Positions 15,734 to 30,316 of a stretch of DNA of 64,000 nucleotides are shown in pieces. Origin of the DNA: Eledone cirrhosa (Eukaryota); the NCBI GenBank assembly GCA_964016885.1, contig OZ024742.1:23002001-23066000 (forward strand), given 5' to 3'. The translations under genes were made by a program, and so were the position numbers. Each line of letters opens with the position of its first letter. Position 1 is the first letter of the stretch. Below the pieces are notes generated by a model. The model saw only the letters and a program-made list of their open reading frames with translations, was not told the origin of the DNA and made no database searches.

Positions 15734-16039
15734 TACCACATACCCATACACACATGGTCATCACAAAGTCATGGAAAAAGTGGGGTAGAATTAGAATAAC
15801 ATATATCAAGGGAAAGGAAAAGAAAGTGGTGAGAAGACGCAACAGGAAATCCTCTCCTTGTCACTGACAGCCAATCAATAGCTTGCAAAAGGATTCCACT
15901 TACGAAGGAATCAGTGAGTCGCTATTTAACCAATATTTTTACTGATATCTGTCACCCTATATTTGTTTTTCTTGTTGGTGTTTGCTGTCGTTGTTGTTAT
16001 TGTTGGTTATGGTGGTGATTGTGATGGAGGTGGTGGTGG

Positions 16040-16645
16040 TGGTGTTTAGTTTATTGTTGCTTGGCACTATCGGTAAAGCGTCGGACAACATGCTTTTTGG
16101 CATACAGTTACGGTACTCTACGTTCTGTGTTGAAATATCGTCGAGGTCAACTATGTCTTTCAACTTAACATGGTCGATAAATTAAATACCAGTAACCCAC
16201 TGGAGTCTATTTAATCGATTTCCCATCACACAAAATGGTAGTGCTATATCTAAATCAGAAGCTATTATTATTGGCAGTATCGCTAGAGGGTCGGACGCCA
16301 TGCTTTCCAGTATAGTTACGTCCATTTACGGTCTGAGTTCGAATCCCGTCGAGTTTAACTTTGCCTTTCATCCTTACGGGGTCGATAAAATAAAGCACCA
16401 GTAATACACTGGGATAATTGCTGGCCTTGTGCCAAATGTAGAAACCATTATTATAAAGATCAATGCGTGCGCAGATTCATTTGAGCGTTTGATACAATGC
16501 TTGGCGGTATTTATTCTTGGTTTTGTCTTTTGGACTTCTAAGATCGATACCAATAATTCCAAGACAAGGAATGGAATCAATTTAATGGATATACCCCCAC
16601 CCTATATTGCTGGTCTCGTGCTTAAATTAGAAACAATTATTATCA
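16040..16645 (+). mobile_element. Cluster of three Deu/Nin-core SINE copies (middle copy 16272-16452 best preserved)
   Basis: GAGTTCGAATCC B-box, core and TGCTGGCCTTGTGCC..AGAAACCATTATT tail. The flanking copies are degenerate. Confidence 0.8.
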
Positions 16646-17083
16646 TGCTTTACGTCAGTATTAAGCGGAAGACGTAGAGATAAGATAAGAGGAATTTAAA
16701 GCATTCGTCAGGGCAAAGGTTTCTCACAGTACCGACTTCAGAGCTGGGCTTCCACAATATGCTTTGACATTTACATGAGGCTCATCCTAAATAGCCAATA
16801 TCGGTGTCGGCTCTTATCAATCAAGAATTCCATACCACATTGCTAACGTATCTTTTACACTTGTGCAATTGCTGCGGTGTTTGGGGATATGAAGTTTCAT
16901 TCTACTAGGATTGGGTTTAGCTGGTTCATGTTTGCAAACGTTCACGACATCTTCGTAATGGTTTTAGAGCGAAATTGAGCTGGATATGGGTGTGATAGTG
17001 TTAATAGAAACACAGGTTAATCAAAAGAAGTCACTGGATTGATACGCTAGCAAGTTCATTCGAGTAAGCGTATTCTATCTACT

Positions 17084-17205
17084 AAGCGCGTGGCTTAGTG
17101 GTTAGAGTTGTATTCACAATCGTGAAGTTGCGATCTCGACTCCCAGGACTGGGCAATGCATGATGTCCTTGAATAAGACATCATTTGATGTTGTTCATTC
17201 TGCTA
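17084..17205 (+). mobile_element. Second tRNA-derived SINE family (V/Meta-like core); other copies at 18525-18620(-), 53518-53790(+) and 55544-55690(+)
   Basis: GGCTTAGTGGTTAG A-box, a GTTCRATTC-like B-box and a GTCCTTGAGCAAGRCACTT..TTCACGTTGCTCCAG core are shared between copies. Confidence 0.7.
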
Positions 17206-18270
17206 GGAGTTGCGACCGGTAGATAGTATCAGCAATTGGAAGGACCATTGGAAACATGTTTTCCTTGGTCCGATCTGACGAGTTCCACTCCACTCGGTAA
17301 GCGAATAAATTCTGGAATCTTGTCGATTTGGATATAATCACTGGGCCAAGGGTTAAATTAAAATACTCAGGATCAGCTAGCGTTCATTTCGGATCTCTAT
17401 GACGCCGTTACCAGCAGGATAATCAGTCTCTTGGTGATGAAATTGTCTATGAAAGATTGTGTGAAATTGACTAACGTCTGCAGCACTTCAATGGTATATC
17501 ATTGTCTAAAACCCGTGCATTGTTTAGGCAACATCTAACCAGACTGGAGTGTATGAAAGTTCACATGTTTGTGGAAAACAGCACTTGAAGAGAAAAGATT
17601 AGGGGTGAGATTCAGTCTCCATAAAATTATTGACAGATGGATGAGAGTGGTGTGAACAGCCTGAGTGACAGGCCTTCCCTTATGATGGGATCTTAAACCA
17701 CAGTTACTGACTCTGAGTAACTTGCATTTGATAACTAGGATAATACTGAAAATACAAGGTTAGTTGATGGCTCCTAGATGGTTAAACTTCATTGCAACTT
17801 CTCATTTCATTTCTGTTCTTTATTGGGGATTTCAGTCACAGTACATCTATAATCGTTTCTCTACAAAGGCCGCCCGTTTTTGTAAACTGTTCTTTTAATA
17901 TTCTTTCATCCAATGCAATCGTTATTTTTATTGATATTATTATGATTATTGTTGTTTCCCAGATTAGCTTCTAACTGTAATCAATGAGCGACCCCGGTGT
18001 TTCACTGCTTATCATTTGCCTGTGGCGTTTGTTATCTACTCTGAATATGGACGATATGAGATGTCAAGAGAGCATTTCTATGACGTAATATGTTCCATGA
18101 TAGAAATGGGGAAATTACAAGGAAATTGTTTAAAAATCACCTTCATGATCTTTGGATTCGATGGAGGAAATTGTACGATTCCTCACGGCACTATTAGCCA
18201 AATGAAAAGCCTGTGTATCCTTGCAACCACATGCAAACATATCCCAACACACGCATATATGCACATTGTG

Positions 18271-18315
<45 letters not shown>

Positions 18316-18321
18316 TTCTAT

Positions 18322-18415
<94 letters not shown>

Positions 18416-18632
18416 TTATATATATATAAAAGGAACGATCGACTTTCATCAAATCGGACCGAAAGAACAATGTTTCTGTTGGTCTTTCAAATTGCTAATA
18501 CTATCTATCGGTCGCAACTCCAGGTAGAAGGAGCAACGTGAAATAAAGTGTCTTGCTCAAGGACATAACGCATCGCCTGGTCCAGGAATCGAACTCACAA
18601 CCTTGCGATTGCTAATCCAAATCTCTCTCTCA

Positions 18633-18708
<76 letters not shown>

Positions 18709-18709
18709 G

Positions 18710-18779
<70 letters not shown>

Positions 18780-18922
18780 TATAACCAAAGATTAATAAGG
18801 TTCATTGATTACTCAATGAATATAGTTTTATAATAGATTGAAAGCACTCAACAGTGACGTTTTCTGTAGTTATTAATATTATTCATAATATTAATAAATA
18901 AAGACGTTCACATAATCAAAAT

Positions 18923-18993
18923 ATATGTTTTATTATATATATTTCGGAGCTATGTGCTGTTTTTTCAGTACGTCCTCATCAGATAAAATATAT
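18923..18993 (-). ncRNA. Type I minimal hammerhead ribozyme in a pLTR fragment (about 18783-19380)
   Basis: Minus strand: ATATATTTTAT-CTGATGA-GGA..TCC-GAAA-TATATA-TA-ATAAAACATAT. Confidence 0.8.
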
Positions 18994-19383
18994 GAAATGA
19001 TGTATGACATACCTCAACTCTCTTGATGGTTCAATTCCAGTATTGGCAGTGATTTATTACAACAAATCTCAATATTTATATACACAAATAATAACATGAT
19101 AAACTTAAATATGATGAAGAAGAGGATGTGGAGTGAGATATAAGTATAAGGCGGGGGTGAGTATGAGAAAATGTAAGAATAAATAAATAAATACATACGT
19201 ACATAAATATTTAAATATTTAAATGCGTAAAACCGAGTCTCAAGGCGCATCCATCTTGCCATCGCGAACTCGCCCCCTTCTTCTGGCAGGTAAATCCTGC
19301 CAAGACATTGAGTCCCGCTACCATAGCTATCAGACAGCCAGGGTCACTTTTGAAGCACTGAAGTAGGATTTTGCAGAGGATAA

Positions 19384-19480
<97 letters not shown>

Positions 19481-19500
19481 CACACACACACACACACACT

Positions 19501-19533
<33 letters not shown>

Positions 19534-19639
19534 ATGTATATATATATATGTGTGTGTGTGTGCCTGTATGTGTATGTATGCGTGCGTGTGTCTGTGTTTT
19601 AAAGTATACATATATACTAATATATATATATATATATAT

Positions 19640-20036
19640 ATTTCCTCTTGAAATTGTACGGTACTGCCCTGCTGACTATTTCACAGTGTGTGGAGAAGCT
19701 GATGCTGGAGTCTTTTAATGTTGTGATGTATATAGGGCCACTTCTGGCCCGTTCAAAACTAGATTTCGAACACATTTCCACTCTTTTAGAAACAAGAAAC
19801 TAAGACACTGCACGTCACTCGCCAATTACATCACAAAATTAAAAGACTCCAACATCAGCTTCTTCACACACTGTGAAATTGTCAGCAAGGCAGCACCGTA
19901 CAACTTCAAGAGGAAATGCGAGCTCTGCCTCATGGAACTTTACCATATCATAAGAGCACCCCTCGAGCTCATCAACAACAGAGCAGAATCGGTGATAAAC
20001 TGCAGACACCGAATACAACAGTCTTTATTCGGATGA
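19640..20036 (+). pseudogene. Penelope-like element remnant: C-terminal GIY-YIG endonuclease with a 5' inverted duplication
   Basis: Hand translation (one frameshift): YIG/ATSGPFKTRFRTHFHSFRNKKLRHCTSLANYITKLKDSN...CELCLMELYHI...LINNRAESVINCRH. Bases 19640-19730 are the reverse complement of 19827-19917. Confidence 0.85.
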
Positions 20037-20409
20037 AAAGGGACAGAGACCCGAAAATTATAAACTGGGTCTCCCAGCCGCCAATCATAAAACTCCGGTG
20101 GGTAGGCTGCACAAATAATCATCTGTACACCAACTATGCATCTCAGACTCTACCTGAATTGACAATTATAAAGTAGCACCCTCAAATTAGTAATGGAAAA
20201 CCACCATCATATAAACGGGTAATAAGCCCTTTGAGGACAATTATTCAAAAACAGGCCATAGTTACTCCCCTTGCTCTGTGTCAATAACAACGTTAGAAGG
20301 TTAGACTTATTTTTTCGCTTACTTCTACCTAAATGTTGAGGTACAGAAGACAATAGCTTGCTGTAGATTTTGTAAACCTATTAATCTTGTTGAAGTCTTA
20401 TTTACATAA

Positions 20410-20730
20410 AACGGTTTCTTATTTACGCCCAAAGTCAAACATTTTTGGGAAGGGGGATACTCGATTAAATCAACTCCAGTGTATTACTGTTACTTTATTT
20501 GATCGACCCCGTAAGGATGAAAGGCAAAGTTAACCTCTGCAGGATTTCAACTTAGAACGTTTAAGGGCCGTAACTATATGCCTTAAAGCATTCTGCCCGA
20601 CGCTCCACTGACAATGCCAATCCAGCACCTTTTTCTATATAATTGTTTCTACTTTTGGCACAAGGCCAGCAAAATACCCAGTATATTACTGGTACTTTAT
20701 TTTATCGACCTTGTAAGGATGAAAGGCAAA
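20410..20730 (-). mobile_element. Two Deu/Nin-core SINE copies (one full, one 5'-truncated)
   Basis: TCGACCCCGTAAGGATGAAAGGCAAAG core occurs twice, with a TTGTTTCTACTTTTGGCACAAGGCC tail. Confidence 0.85.
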
Positions 20731-21592
20731 GAGATGGTAAATGAAACTTGTCAAAGATCACGCTGTAAGATTGAACACAGTACCTAATGATTTCCAAGCG
20801 AACCTCAACCATTTAGCAATATTACGTTCATGGACCTCTTTGTATTAACTCTTTGTATTGATGTGTCTGACAGTTCACCTTTTGTCAAATCCAAAATTTT
20901 ACTCCTTCAATCACCAAAGATATACCATTGAATATTTCCTCTTTTGAATCCTATTATTTGTGAATTTACTGGCGATAGTTTAATACGAAGAGAAGAATTA
21001 GTATATTTGTGAGTAGATGTGAGATGTTAATGACGAAAACTTTCGTAACATTTTGTCAAATGCTACTTGTGATCAAATTAATATTTGAACGTCAAATTAT
21101 TCCAGCTGCGGCCAAATATAAATCAACATTTCACACTGAAGTGTATTAAAAATATTGTCGATCTTATGAGGAACATTGTATTGTATATTGGTGTTGTTTG
21201 TTATTTGTCTTTACAGAACATCGCCCCGATAACCCGTTACGATCTATGTATCCCTTTATCAATAGGTCAACACTCTAATAGAAGATTAACAAACCTTATC
21301 TAACCAATATATATTTTCATTTACCGTAATCTCTTGCAATGCTGTAATTCTCTGGTCGGTTGTGACGGTTGAACCATCTTTTCTTGATATCATAACATTA
21401 ACAAACACAAGCAAAATAAATAATAGCTTTGCCTCTACTCCATCAGGAGATAAATATATTTAAATAAAACATTGTTTGTCGCTCAACATTTTATTGCCAT
21501 GAACAATACTCAGATTATTCACCAAACCTAGTCTTTCATGACAAGACACTTCTGGTAGAAAATATTGTAAGATATGTATTTCTTACAACCTA

Positions 21593-21674
<82 letters not shown>

Positions 21675-21679
21675 AATAT

Positions 21680-21749
<70 letters not shown>

Positions 21750-21859
21750 TTATCCCGGGTTCAATCGGGAGTAACCACATAGAGTAAGGTACTCAATACA
21801 TAGCAGATTATAAATATAGAAATGGCTTCTACGGGACTAGAATTGTATTATGAGGGAGA

Positions 21860-21898
<39 letters not shown>

Positions 21899-22078
21899 CG
21901 TTTCTGAATTTGTTTAGCAATAACAATATATATATATTTAGCATAACAATATATATATATATATATATATATTCATATATATATAGATATATATACACTG
22001 ACACACACACACATTATATATATATATATAGAAACAATTATATATATATATATATATATATACATACATAAATACAAG

Positions 22079-22427
22079 AATAACAGACCAGATATAATGA
22101 TACGAGACAGGGAAAAGAAGGCTTCTACAGTAGTGGAATGTAGCTGCCCAGCAGATACCAATGTAATATTAAAGATTAGCGAAAAGGAAGAATATCTATT
22201 AAGAACTAATGAGATACTATCTATAGATACTCCACCCTGACTATACCTTCAGATTTATTCCTGTGATTATTGGGTCACTGGGATATGTTAGTAACTGCCT
22301 CAATATAAATCTTGAGAAGCTGGGATTCTCAGCAATAGAGAGAACACGACTAGTTAGGAAATTACAATTTCAATCCATTACTGGGGCAGTAAAACTATGT
22401 AAAAACATCCAACAATTTTGCGTTTAA
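22079..22427 (+). pseudogene. Restriction-like endonuclease (RLE) C-terminus of an early-branching non-LTR retrotransposon
   Basis: Hand translation NRPDIMIRDREKKASTVVECSCPADTNVILKISEKE / HPDYTFRFIPVIIGSLGYV...KLQFQSITGAVKLCK. It carries the RPD..E..K PD-(D/E)xK-type motif, with a frameshift and stops. Confidence 0.8.
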
Positions 22428-22665
22428 TAATTGCATGTTCACATGTACAGATACAAAGCATATGCACATGCACAATTATAACTCAAATCATCCACATGCA
22501 CACAATAAATAACATTCATACCTTCACACACATGCATGCAGACAGGCATACATATCTACCGAGTTGATGTGTGAATTATAATGAGAGTTCTGCATTTCTG
22601 TTAGAAATCGACTCTGTCTATTCGTAAAATGTTGTAAAATAACAAAAGTAGAAAAACATACCCAC

Positions 22666-22733
<68 letters not shown>

Positions 22734-23190
22734 CGATTGTGCATTGTTGCATAATATATGCAAACAGATGGTGCAATGCACCTTACTGTTGCATTAGTGC
22801 GGCAGAAACTCGTGTCCGGGAACCTTATAGGCACCCGTATTACGTGTGTTGTGTTGAGGCAAATAACTATGTGTATACTCTGGTAATGTATCTTACATTG
22901 CCCATTGAGTGCGGTGAGATACAACCGGTACTGGCATTGATACATATGCTGGGTCCGTCAACCCTTATATATATATATATATATATATACATGTGCGTAT
23001 GTATGTATGTGTTTCTACTATATATATATGACAAAGGGGCTGCGGTAATATACCAGGTAGACCATGACGCACCGGAGTACTCAATACGTAGGGTGGTGGA
23101 GTGGGTATAGGAAAAGAGTGAGTCAGATTCTTTTCCTATATATCTATCAATCTATATATCTATCTCTCTCTCTCTCTCTATATATATATG

Positions 23191-23570
<380 letters not shown>

Positions 23571-24760
23571 CATATGTACCTCATTGCCCTTTTTATACTC
23601 CTACTCGTCTTTCCATGTATGGCTTTTATTCATATAGCTTCATTTCACATATTATTAACTAGAATACGATTGTATGTCATATCAATAGAAATATCCACTA
23701 CTTCTCTTACTAACCAGCTAAAGATGTTGTTAAGCAATACATTTCTAATAGGCTCCGATATTTAGCAACAACGAAATTAGAGCTACTTTGCTGGGAATGA
23801 GAATGCAGCATCACCATCGACAGTGCAATAACACTTGCTGTATTTCAATTCTGGCAATTCCATTATATAATCTCTATTGTATCCTATATTGTGGTTATTC
23901 ATATATTTTCTTCCCTACTATTTAGTACTCGTTTATTGGAAGCGTTGAAATTAAATAACGTAGCTAAATTAATAACGGAGTCAAAATGAAAATTATTGAA
24001 TGCATAATACACAAATGCACATAGCAATATTGTAATGAAACAAGATAGAGTGAATATGAATAGGTTCGCAGGTGTTTTAATAGCCAGAAATTGGCGCTAA
24101 ATTTGATAATAACATCAGATCGTGAGCATCATTGCCAAATTATATTTTAGATGGATTTTCATATCAAAAATTGACTGTTTTGCTATTAATAGACTGGAAT
24201 TAAATAGCTATAAAATAATTTACTGTGATATTTAGTCGATTCATTGGATATAATGGTAAGAGAGCAAGCAAATAAATATAGCTAAAAATAATGGAGCACT
24301 ATAGAATAAAAGCTGAGCTCTCAGTAAAGTAAGTCCCAGCTGTAGCTGCTTCTATTCCATTTAATGCTCAATCGCTGATGTTTCACTTCATTTTGGCAGC
24401 TAATGACTCTTGAAAAGTAAAAGATGAAAATGTTGGAACTTCATATTTCATTATGTTGTAAAATACTCACAAGTAAGCCTAGCCTTGTTATTATTATCTA
24501 TAATAATAATGATTTCTTTATTAACCACAAGGGTTTACATAAAGTAGACATTAAGGACAGTGCAGGACAATGCAGGACGGTACAAATGGGCATTTCTGCG
24601 TGTAAAAAACAAAAACAGAGGATGTAACAAAAAATAAGAATGAAAAATTCCCCAATAGGGGGGAGACTTCGGAGGGACATTTGTGGAGAAAGCCCAGTAA
24701 AAAGCCACAATAACCCTGACCACCAAGGCAAGTGCCCTCTCCCAGTTTTCCACCTTTAAT

Positions 24761-27700
24761 TTACAGATATATACTCAGAGTAGGCCCATTCACTCGGGCC
24801 ATTCTTGCTTCTCTCACCCATCTTTCAACAAAATGCTGGGAAGAGAGCACTTCCCTCTCTACTCTGATTTTCCTTTTCAAATGAAATTTGAAAAAGTCAA
24901 TCAGAGCATCACCGAAGAGGTAAGTACTCGTCTTCAGCCCTTTCAAACGTGTCCACCATACTATCTCTTTCGCCATGGCCACCAGACAGATAAAAACTGC
25001 CTGCCCTTCCCGGCTAAAGGAGGAGGGCGGGGCAATCCTCACGATGGACTCAGATGATAGCCGGATCCGTCCTAAACGCGACAGCAGGTGTTCGACATAA
25101 ACCCACAAGTCAGCAATTTTCGGACACTGGACGAGTGCGTGCAGGACGGTTTCGTCGCCCTGCGCGCATCTCGGACATGCCCGGCTGACGGCACCTCCAT
25201 GCCTGTAGAGTTTATCCCGAACTGGCAAGGCTCCTCGGTAGCACTGCCAGGCCAGAGATTTCTTGAAGTTGTCCATAGGCCCCGGCCCGAAAGTTCTTCC
25301 GAAGAGATTGGCTAGTTGATTTTCGTCGACGCCTAGAGTTTCCCCAAGTACGTCGTCGCTCTTACCCTCCACTAATCCTCTATAGAACGCCGAGGTGGAG
25401 TTTCCACCGATCACATTGCCCGATTGGTCGAGGGCTGTGAGCGCCTGAAGACATTCCAGTCTCCAGGCGCTCCCTCTCGGTCTTCGCTTGACCCAGGACT
25501 GCAGCTCCGTCAAGGAAACGAGCTGGGGAAATACGCGCCTAGCAAACGGCGACCACACTTGATCACCGTCGAGGAAGAGGTGGAGATGTCGTAGCCTGAG
25601 CGCGTGCCTGCGCATCATCAGCCACGGCATGCCCAGCCCTCCACGTAGCGGGTGTTGACAACAGATGGACCGCCTGACCATCGGAGCACGTCCCTTCCAC
25701 AAAAAGCGAAAGAGCAAACGCTCCAGCGCAGTCAGGCGAGGCTTAGGACAAGGTACGACGGTCAGGCGGTAGCAGATGACGCGATGTACGCGTTAGCCAC
25801 CTCCGCTCGACCTTTCAGGGATAGCTTCCTCTCCGCCCATTTCTGGGTGAGAGAAGCCACCCTGCTCGTCACCTCGTCCCAGTTTTTGTCTGTCTGGAGG
25901 TCCGGACCGAACCAGACCCCTAGCAATTTAACCGGTCCGTCCGTCCAGCGTCCGACGACGCTGTTGGACGGCATGGACCTGCCTCTCCAGGTGCCGAGCT
26001 GCAGGCCCACTGACTTTTCCTGGTTGATCATTGCTCCTGTCACCGCTTCGTATTCTCTTAGTGTAGTGCCGATCGCCTCGATGTGTTTGGCGTTCGACAC
26101 CACTACGGTGACATCGTCCGCATATGCTGACACGGATCTTCCGCATCCTAGTTCGCGCGGGACTCCCCTCAACGTCTCCAGTTTGTGCAGTAATGGCTCG
26201 AGAATCAATACGTACAAGAGGGACGAGAGGGGACATCCTTGGCGGACCGAGCGCATGATGTTGAACGGTTCCGACAGGTGACCGTTCACTCTCACCACAG
26301 AGCAGATGTCGCTGTGCATGGCAGCGATCCAGCCTCTGAAGACGGGCCCAAAGCCAGCCGCCCTCAGGACTGCCGCTAGGTAACGATGGTCGACCCTATC
26401 GAAAGCTTTCGACTGATCTAAATTGATCAAGGACCCACCCGTGCCAGGTTCCTTAGCTACCCTCTCTATGATGTATCGCATGAGGTGGAGGTTGTCGTGG
26501 ATGGATCTGTCGGGAATGGCGCATGTCTGCGCCTCTCCCACCAGACCACCAACGATAAGCGCCAACCTCTTTGCTAGCACCTTGGCCAAAATCTTGAACT
26601 CTGTGTTTAGCAGAGTTATGGGCCGGAAATTGTCTATGTTATCCCCCTTGTTCGGATCCTTTCTCAGCAGTGCCACCGCTCCTCGGCTCACAGAACTGGG
26701 AATTCTCCCGTTCTGTTGCCAGTTGCAGAAGACGTCCGCCAAGAGGCCTCCGAACAAGTCTGGCATCTGTACGTAAAGTTCATAGGGCAGAGCATCCAAA
26801 CCAGGCGATTTACCCCTTGTGCAGCCAGTCATTGCCTCCCTTACTTCAGCGGCTGTTATCGGCTTTTCGCAACACTTCGCCTCAGTGGCCGAGAGCCGCG
26901 GCAGTCCGTCGAGGTAGACACTAAAGTCCATCCCTCTACTCGGCCCACCGCTGCCCCCGAACAGCTGAGCGAAGTGTCGCTGAAAAGCTTCACACATTTG
27001 CCCGGGATCGAGTAGCATGCGCCCGTCGTGGTCCACCAAAGACCGGATCGTGTCTTTGTTGCCACGACGCGCCTCCGCCACTCGGGCCCATTGAACGGCT
27101 TTCGTCCCCTCGTGTCTGAGAGCACGCACCCTTCTCTGACAACGCAGCCTTCGTGCTTTGCATTGAAGAATTGGTCAAGGGCCAATTTCGCCGCAAGCAC
27201 GTCGGTCGCAATGCCTTTGCTAAGCGCCTCGTCTAATTTTCTAACTAGTTCTCCCTCTGCTCTATTTTTCTCTATTGCTAAAGCCTTACTAAACCTAATC
27301 GATTCTATTCTAATCGCTCTTTTCAGAGCAAACCACCACTTGTTGTTGACGATGGCCCCCGTCAACGCCCGCTTAACTAGTTCGCTAATCCGGTCTCTGT
27401 AGGCCTTGCGCGCTGGTAAGGACGCGTTTAGCTTCCAGTAGCCGGGTCCTCGTCTATGAAGCCTATCTAAGTCAAGCACACAGATCACGAATTTGTGGTC
27501 CGTGTAGCTGACTATCTTGAATTGTGGACAGCCTATGCTAGACCTATCTATTTCCCTACAAAATACTCTATCTAGATATGATCTGGATGACCCTATGCGG
27601 TTTGTCCAAGTGCACATTGGCACATTCGGGAAATCCAATCGGTACCTGTCAGACAGTTCAAAACGCCTGAGCACGTTGGTGAGGCTCTTGCACCCTCCAC

Positions 27701-28175
27701 CCCTATCCGCTAATCCCACACAGTCCCAGCGTGCATCTAAGATCCCGTTCCAGTCGCCCACTGACACTAAAGAGCAGGACGTTCCAAGAAAGGTCTCCAG
27801 ACGCCGGAAGAAATCAGGCCGCCCTGCTCCAGTCGGGGCATAGACGGCCACTAGCCTGAAAGCTTGCCCGTCTCCGCTGTTCACGTCCAGCACCACCAGC
27901 TTACCCTCTGGGTCCAGGAAGATGGCCCGTATGGCGAGATCCAAACCTCTCCGAAAAAGCACAGCAACTCCTCCACCCGATCCAGGACGGCTGGGAGATG
28001 CGTACACATCGTAGCCGCCGAAGATCGGTGCGAAGGCCCGTGCTTCGGAGATTCTGGTCTCGCTGATGGCCACTACATCTATGTTTAGTGACCTGAGGTC
28101 GTTGAGCAGGTGAACCTGCTTCCATGACGACCCCAAGCCACGCGCATTTATGCTGCCTATTCTGAGTGAGGTCAT
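24761..28175 (-). pseudogene. ORF2 (AP endonuclease, reverse transcriptase, C-terminal Zn finger), two frameshifts
   Basis: GSINARG, SETR, VYAP, GDWN, SYLDRVF, YTDH (APE); KSPGLD, FRPITLLN, DQSKAFDRV, RQGCPLS, YADD (RT); CPRC..ETVLHALVQC. Spread over ORFs 26856-28175, 25762-27129 and 24761-25717. Confidence 0.95.
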
Positions 28176-28210
28176 GTTTAAAATAGAGTGGAAAAGATGG
28201 GAAAGACCAC

Positions 28211-30316
28211 TTACCGTACTTTTGGTAGAGGAGGGATGGTTTTTACATCCCTTTTCACTTGATCGTCTGGTGAAGGGACCGTTGAATCGTCCCTTCGGCT
28301 GGTCGTCGGCTCTTCTAAGAGAATGTCTGAATATACTCTTCGATTGATGGTTCCTCCTAGGTCCCTGAAATCACCAACTGCGTTGGGGAATTTCGTTTTA
28401 ATGTTTGTGTATTGTTTCTCTGCTATTTTTAGCAGTCTTATGTTAGTTGGCGTTTTGATTAGTGCTGGTATTATGTAGTCCTGTTGTGAAATGTCTGAGT
28501 GTTCAATTATGTAAGTCATTAGTTTCTTGTTGTGTGTATTTATTGCCGTGCATTTGTTTTTCTGGGGGTGGGGTGTGGTTCTGCTATTTTCTTGTCGTTG
28601 TTGCTGGGTGTGTGTGTTTTGTTGTTGTGTTTGCGATGTTGGTGCTTGTGGTGGTGGTGTTGAAGGTGTTGTTGGCGGTGGGGTTGTCGCCGGTGGTGAT
28701 GGTGGTGCTAGTGTGGGTGGTGATGGTGTTGGTGGTGTTGCTGCTGTGGGTCTCTTTGCAGTAGACTTTACCCTTTTCTCATTTCTTTCCTCCCTTTTCA
28801 AAGGCGACGATGCGCTGCTTCTGCGTTTGTGCCTTCTTACGACCTTTTGCCATCCCTCTCCCACCTCACACTCCATGTCTGATTCTGTGAGGTCGGGGAG
28901 GGATACCAGCTCCACTCTTTCACTTGTTGTTGTTGGTGATGTTTGCACTGGAGTCTCTGTTGCAGCTGCATTTGGTATTGCTGTTGTTGTTGTTAATATT
29001 TCCACTGCTGCTGCTGTTCTTGGTTTCCGTGGAGTGGGTATGGGTGCCACGGACCTATCGTTCCTGGTTGCTGCTTGTCCTGTTGCTGGTAGCCGTGGAG
29101 CCGGATTCGGAAGGAGGGGGGTTTTCTCCTTTCTCAGGGTCTTCTCGTTGCAGAAGGCCCTGAGGTGAGTCTTCGATCCACAGCGAAAGTATTTCGGGCG
29201 TTTGCCCTCAACACTTATGGGCAGTTGAGTGCCGTTATCGAAGTCTATCACATCCGGGATAGCTTCGATGCACTCCTGGTTGGTTTGGATTAGCATCTCA
29301 ATGGAGGTGCCTACCCAATCTTCTCTTACTTTTTTCTGTACTTGCAGTACAGTTGTTTTGTCCTCGATTCCGACGCGGCCAGCCAAGAAGGGGCCATTCC
29401 GGGGGGGGGGGGGGGGGGGGGACGTGGGTCAGTTTGACCCTCACAATTTTTTTCCCGCAGTAGGAGGGCACCAACACCATTTCCTCGCTCCTTAGGGTCA
29501 CTACTGATTGGGCCTTTGCCTCCTGGGGTGTGGCAAAAGTACGTCTACGGTGGCATATTTTTTGCCTCGGGTGATGTGCGTTTTCCGCTGCCACACAGAC
29601 CCCAAGGCTTTTTGTATTTGGGCCTCTGTGGCTCTTTCCACCCTACGGGATTTTGTACTTACTGTACGGTACGTGACCGTACAGTGCTCTTGGGTTTCGA
29701 AACATTTTTCCGCTGCCTTGCAGATTGCTCGGTGTCCATTCTTTGTCACCATCTTCATCGCTTCCTCTAATTCCTCATTTGTTATGAGGATTGTTTCCAA
29801 GTTTTTCGCAATACCTGCAAATGAGATTGGTTTTTCTCTGCTGCTGCTGTTGTTGTTGACGTCAGAGCTGCTGGTACTTTTGTTGTTGCTGCAGGTACTA
29901 CGACTACTGCCTCCGCCGTTGTTGCTGTGGTTGTTGTTGGTGTTGCTGCTGCTAATGCTGTTGTTGTTTATGCTGCTGGTGATGCTGTTGCGGCTGCTAC
30001 TGTTGTTTTCATTGTCACTGTTGCTGTTGTTATTACGGCTGCTACTGCTATTATTCCTGACGTCAGACGAATGAACTGGGTTTTCGTATTTCCCGCACAC
30101 CTGTTTCGTCGCTGTCGTCGTCGTGGTGGAGAAACCTTGCACGCTTTGCACGAGACTTTTCTTCTCTTTCGTCACTTGCGAAAGAGAAGGGAGGGAGAGA
30201 GACACATTTAAAGAAGGGAGGGAGAGAGACAATCTTCTCTCTGCTGTAGTGATGATTGAGGAAGAAGAAGACGGAATGAGTGGGAGTGACGTATGAAATT
30301 TCTTTTTCGAAGCCAT
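28211..30316 (-). pseudogene. ORF1 (gag-like nucleic-acid-binding protein), frameshifted
   Basis: Split over ORFs 29501-30316, 29298-29594 and 28211-29386. The Zn knuckle reads RPKYFRCGSKTHLRAFC (first Cys changed to Tyr; intact in copy 2). N/S-rich and P/T-rich linkers are present. Confidence 0.85.

Noticed and set aside
29401-29421. G21 run (and G16 at 36924-36939) as a programmed frameshift or G-quadruplex
   Set aside because: The homologous sites in the other copies are short, so homopolymer expansion or sequencing error is more likely.
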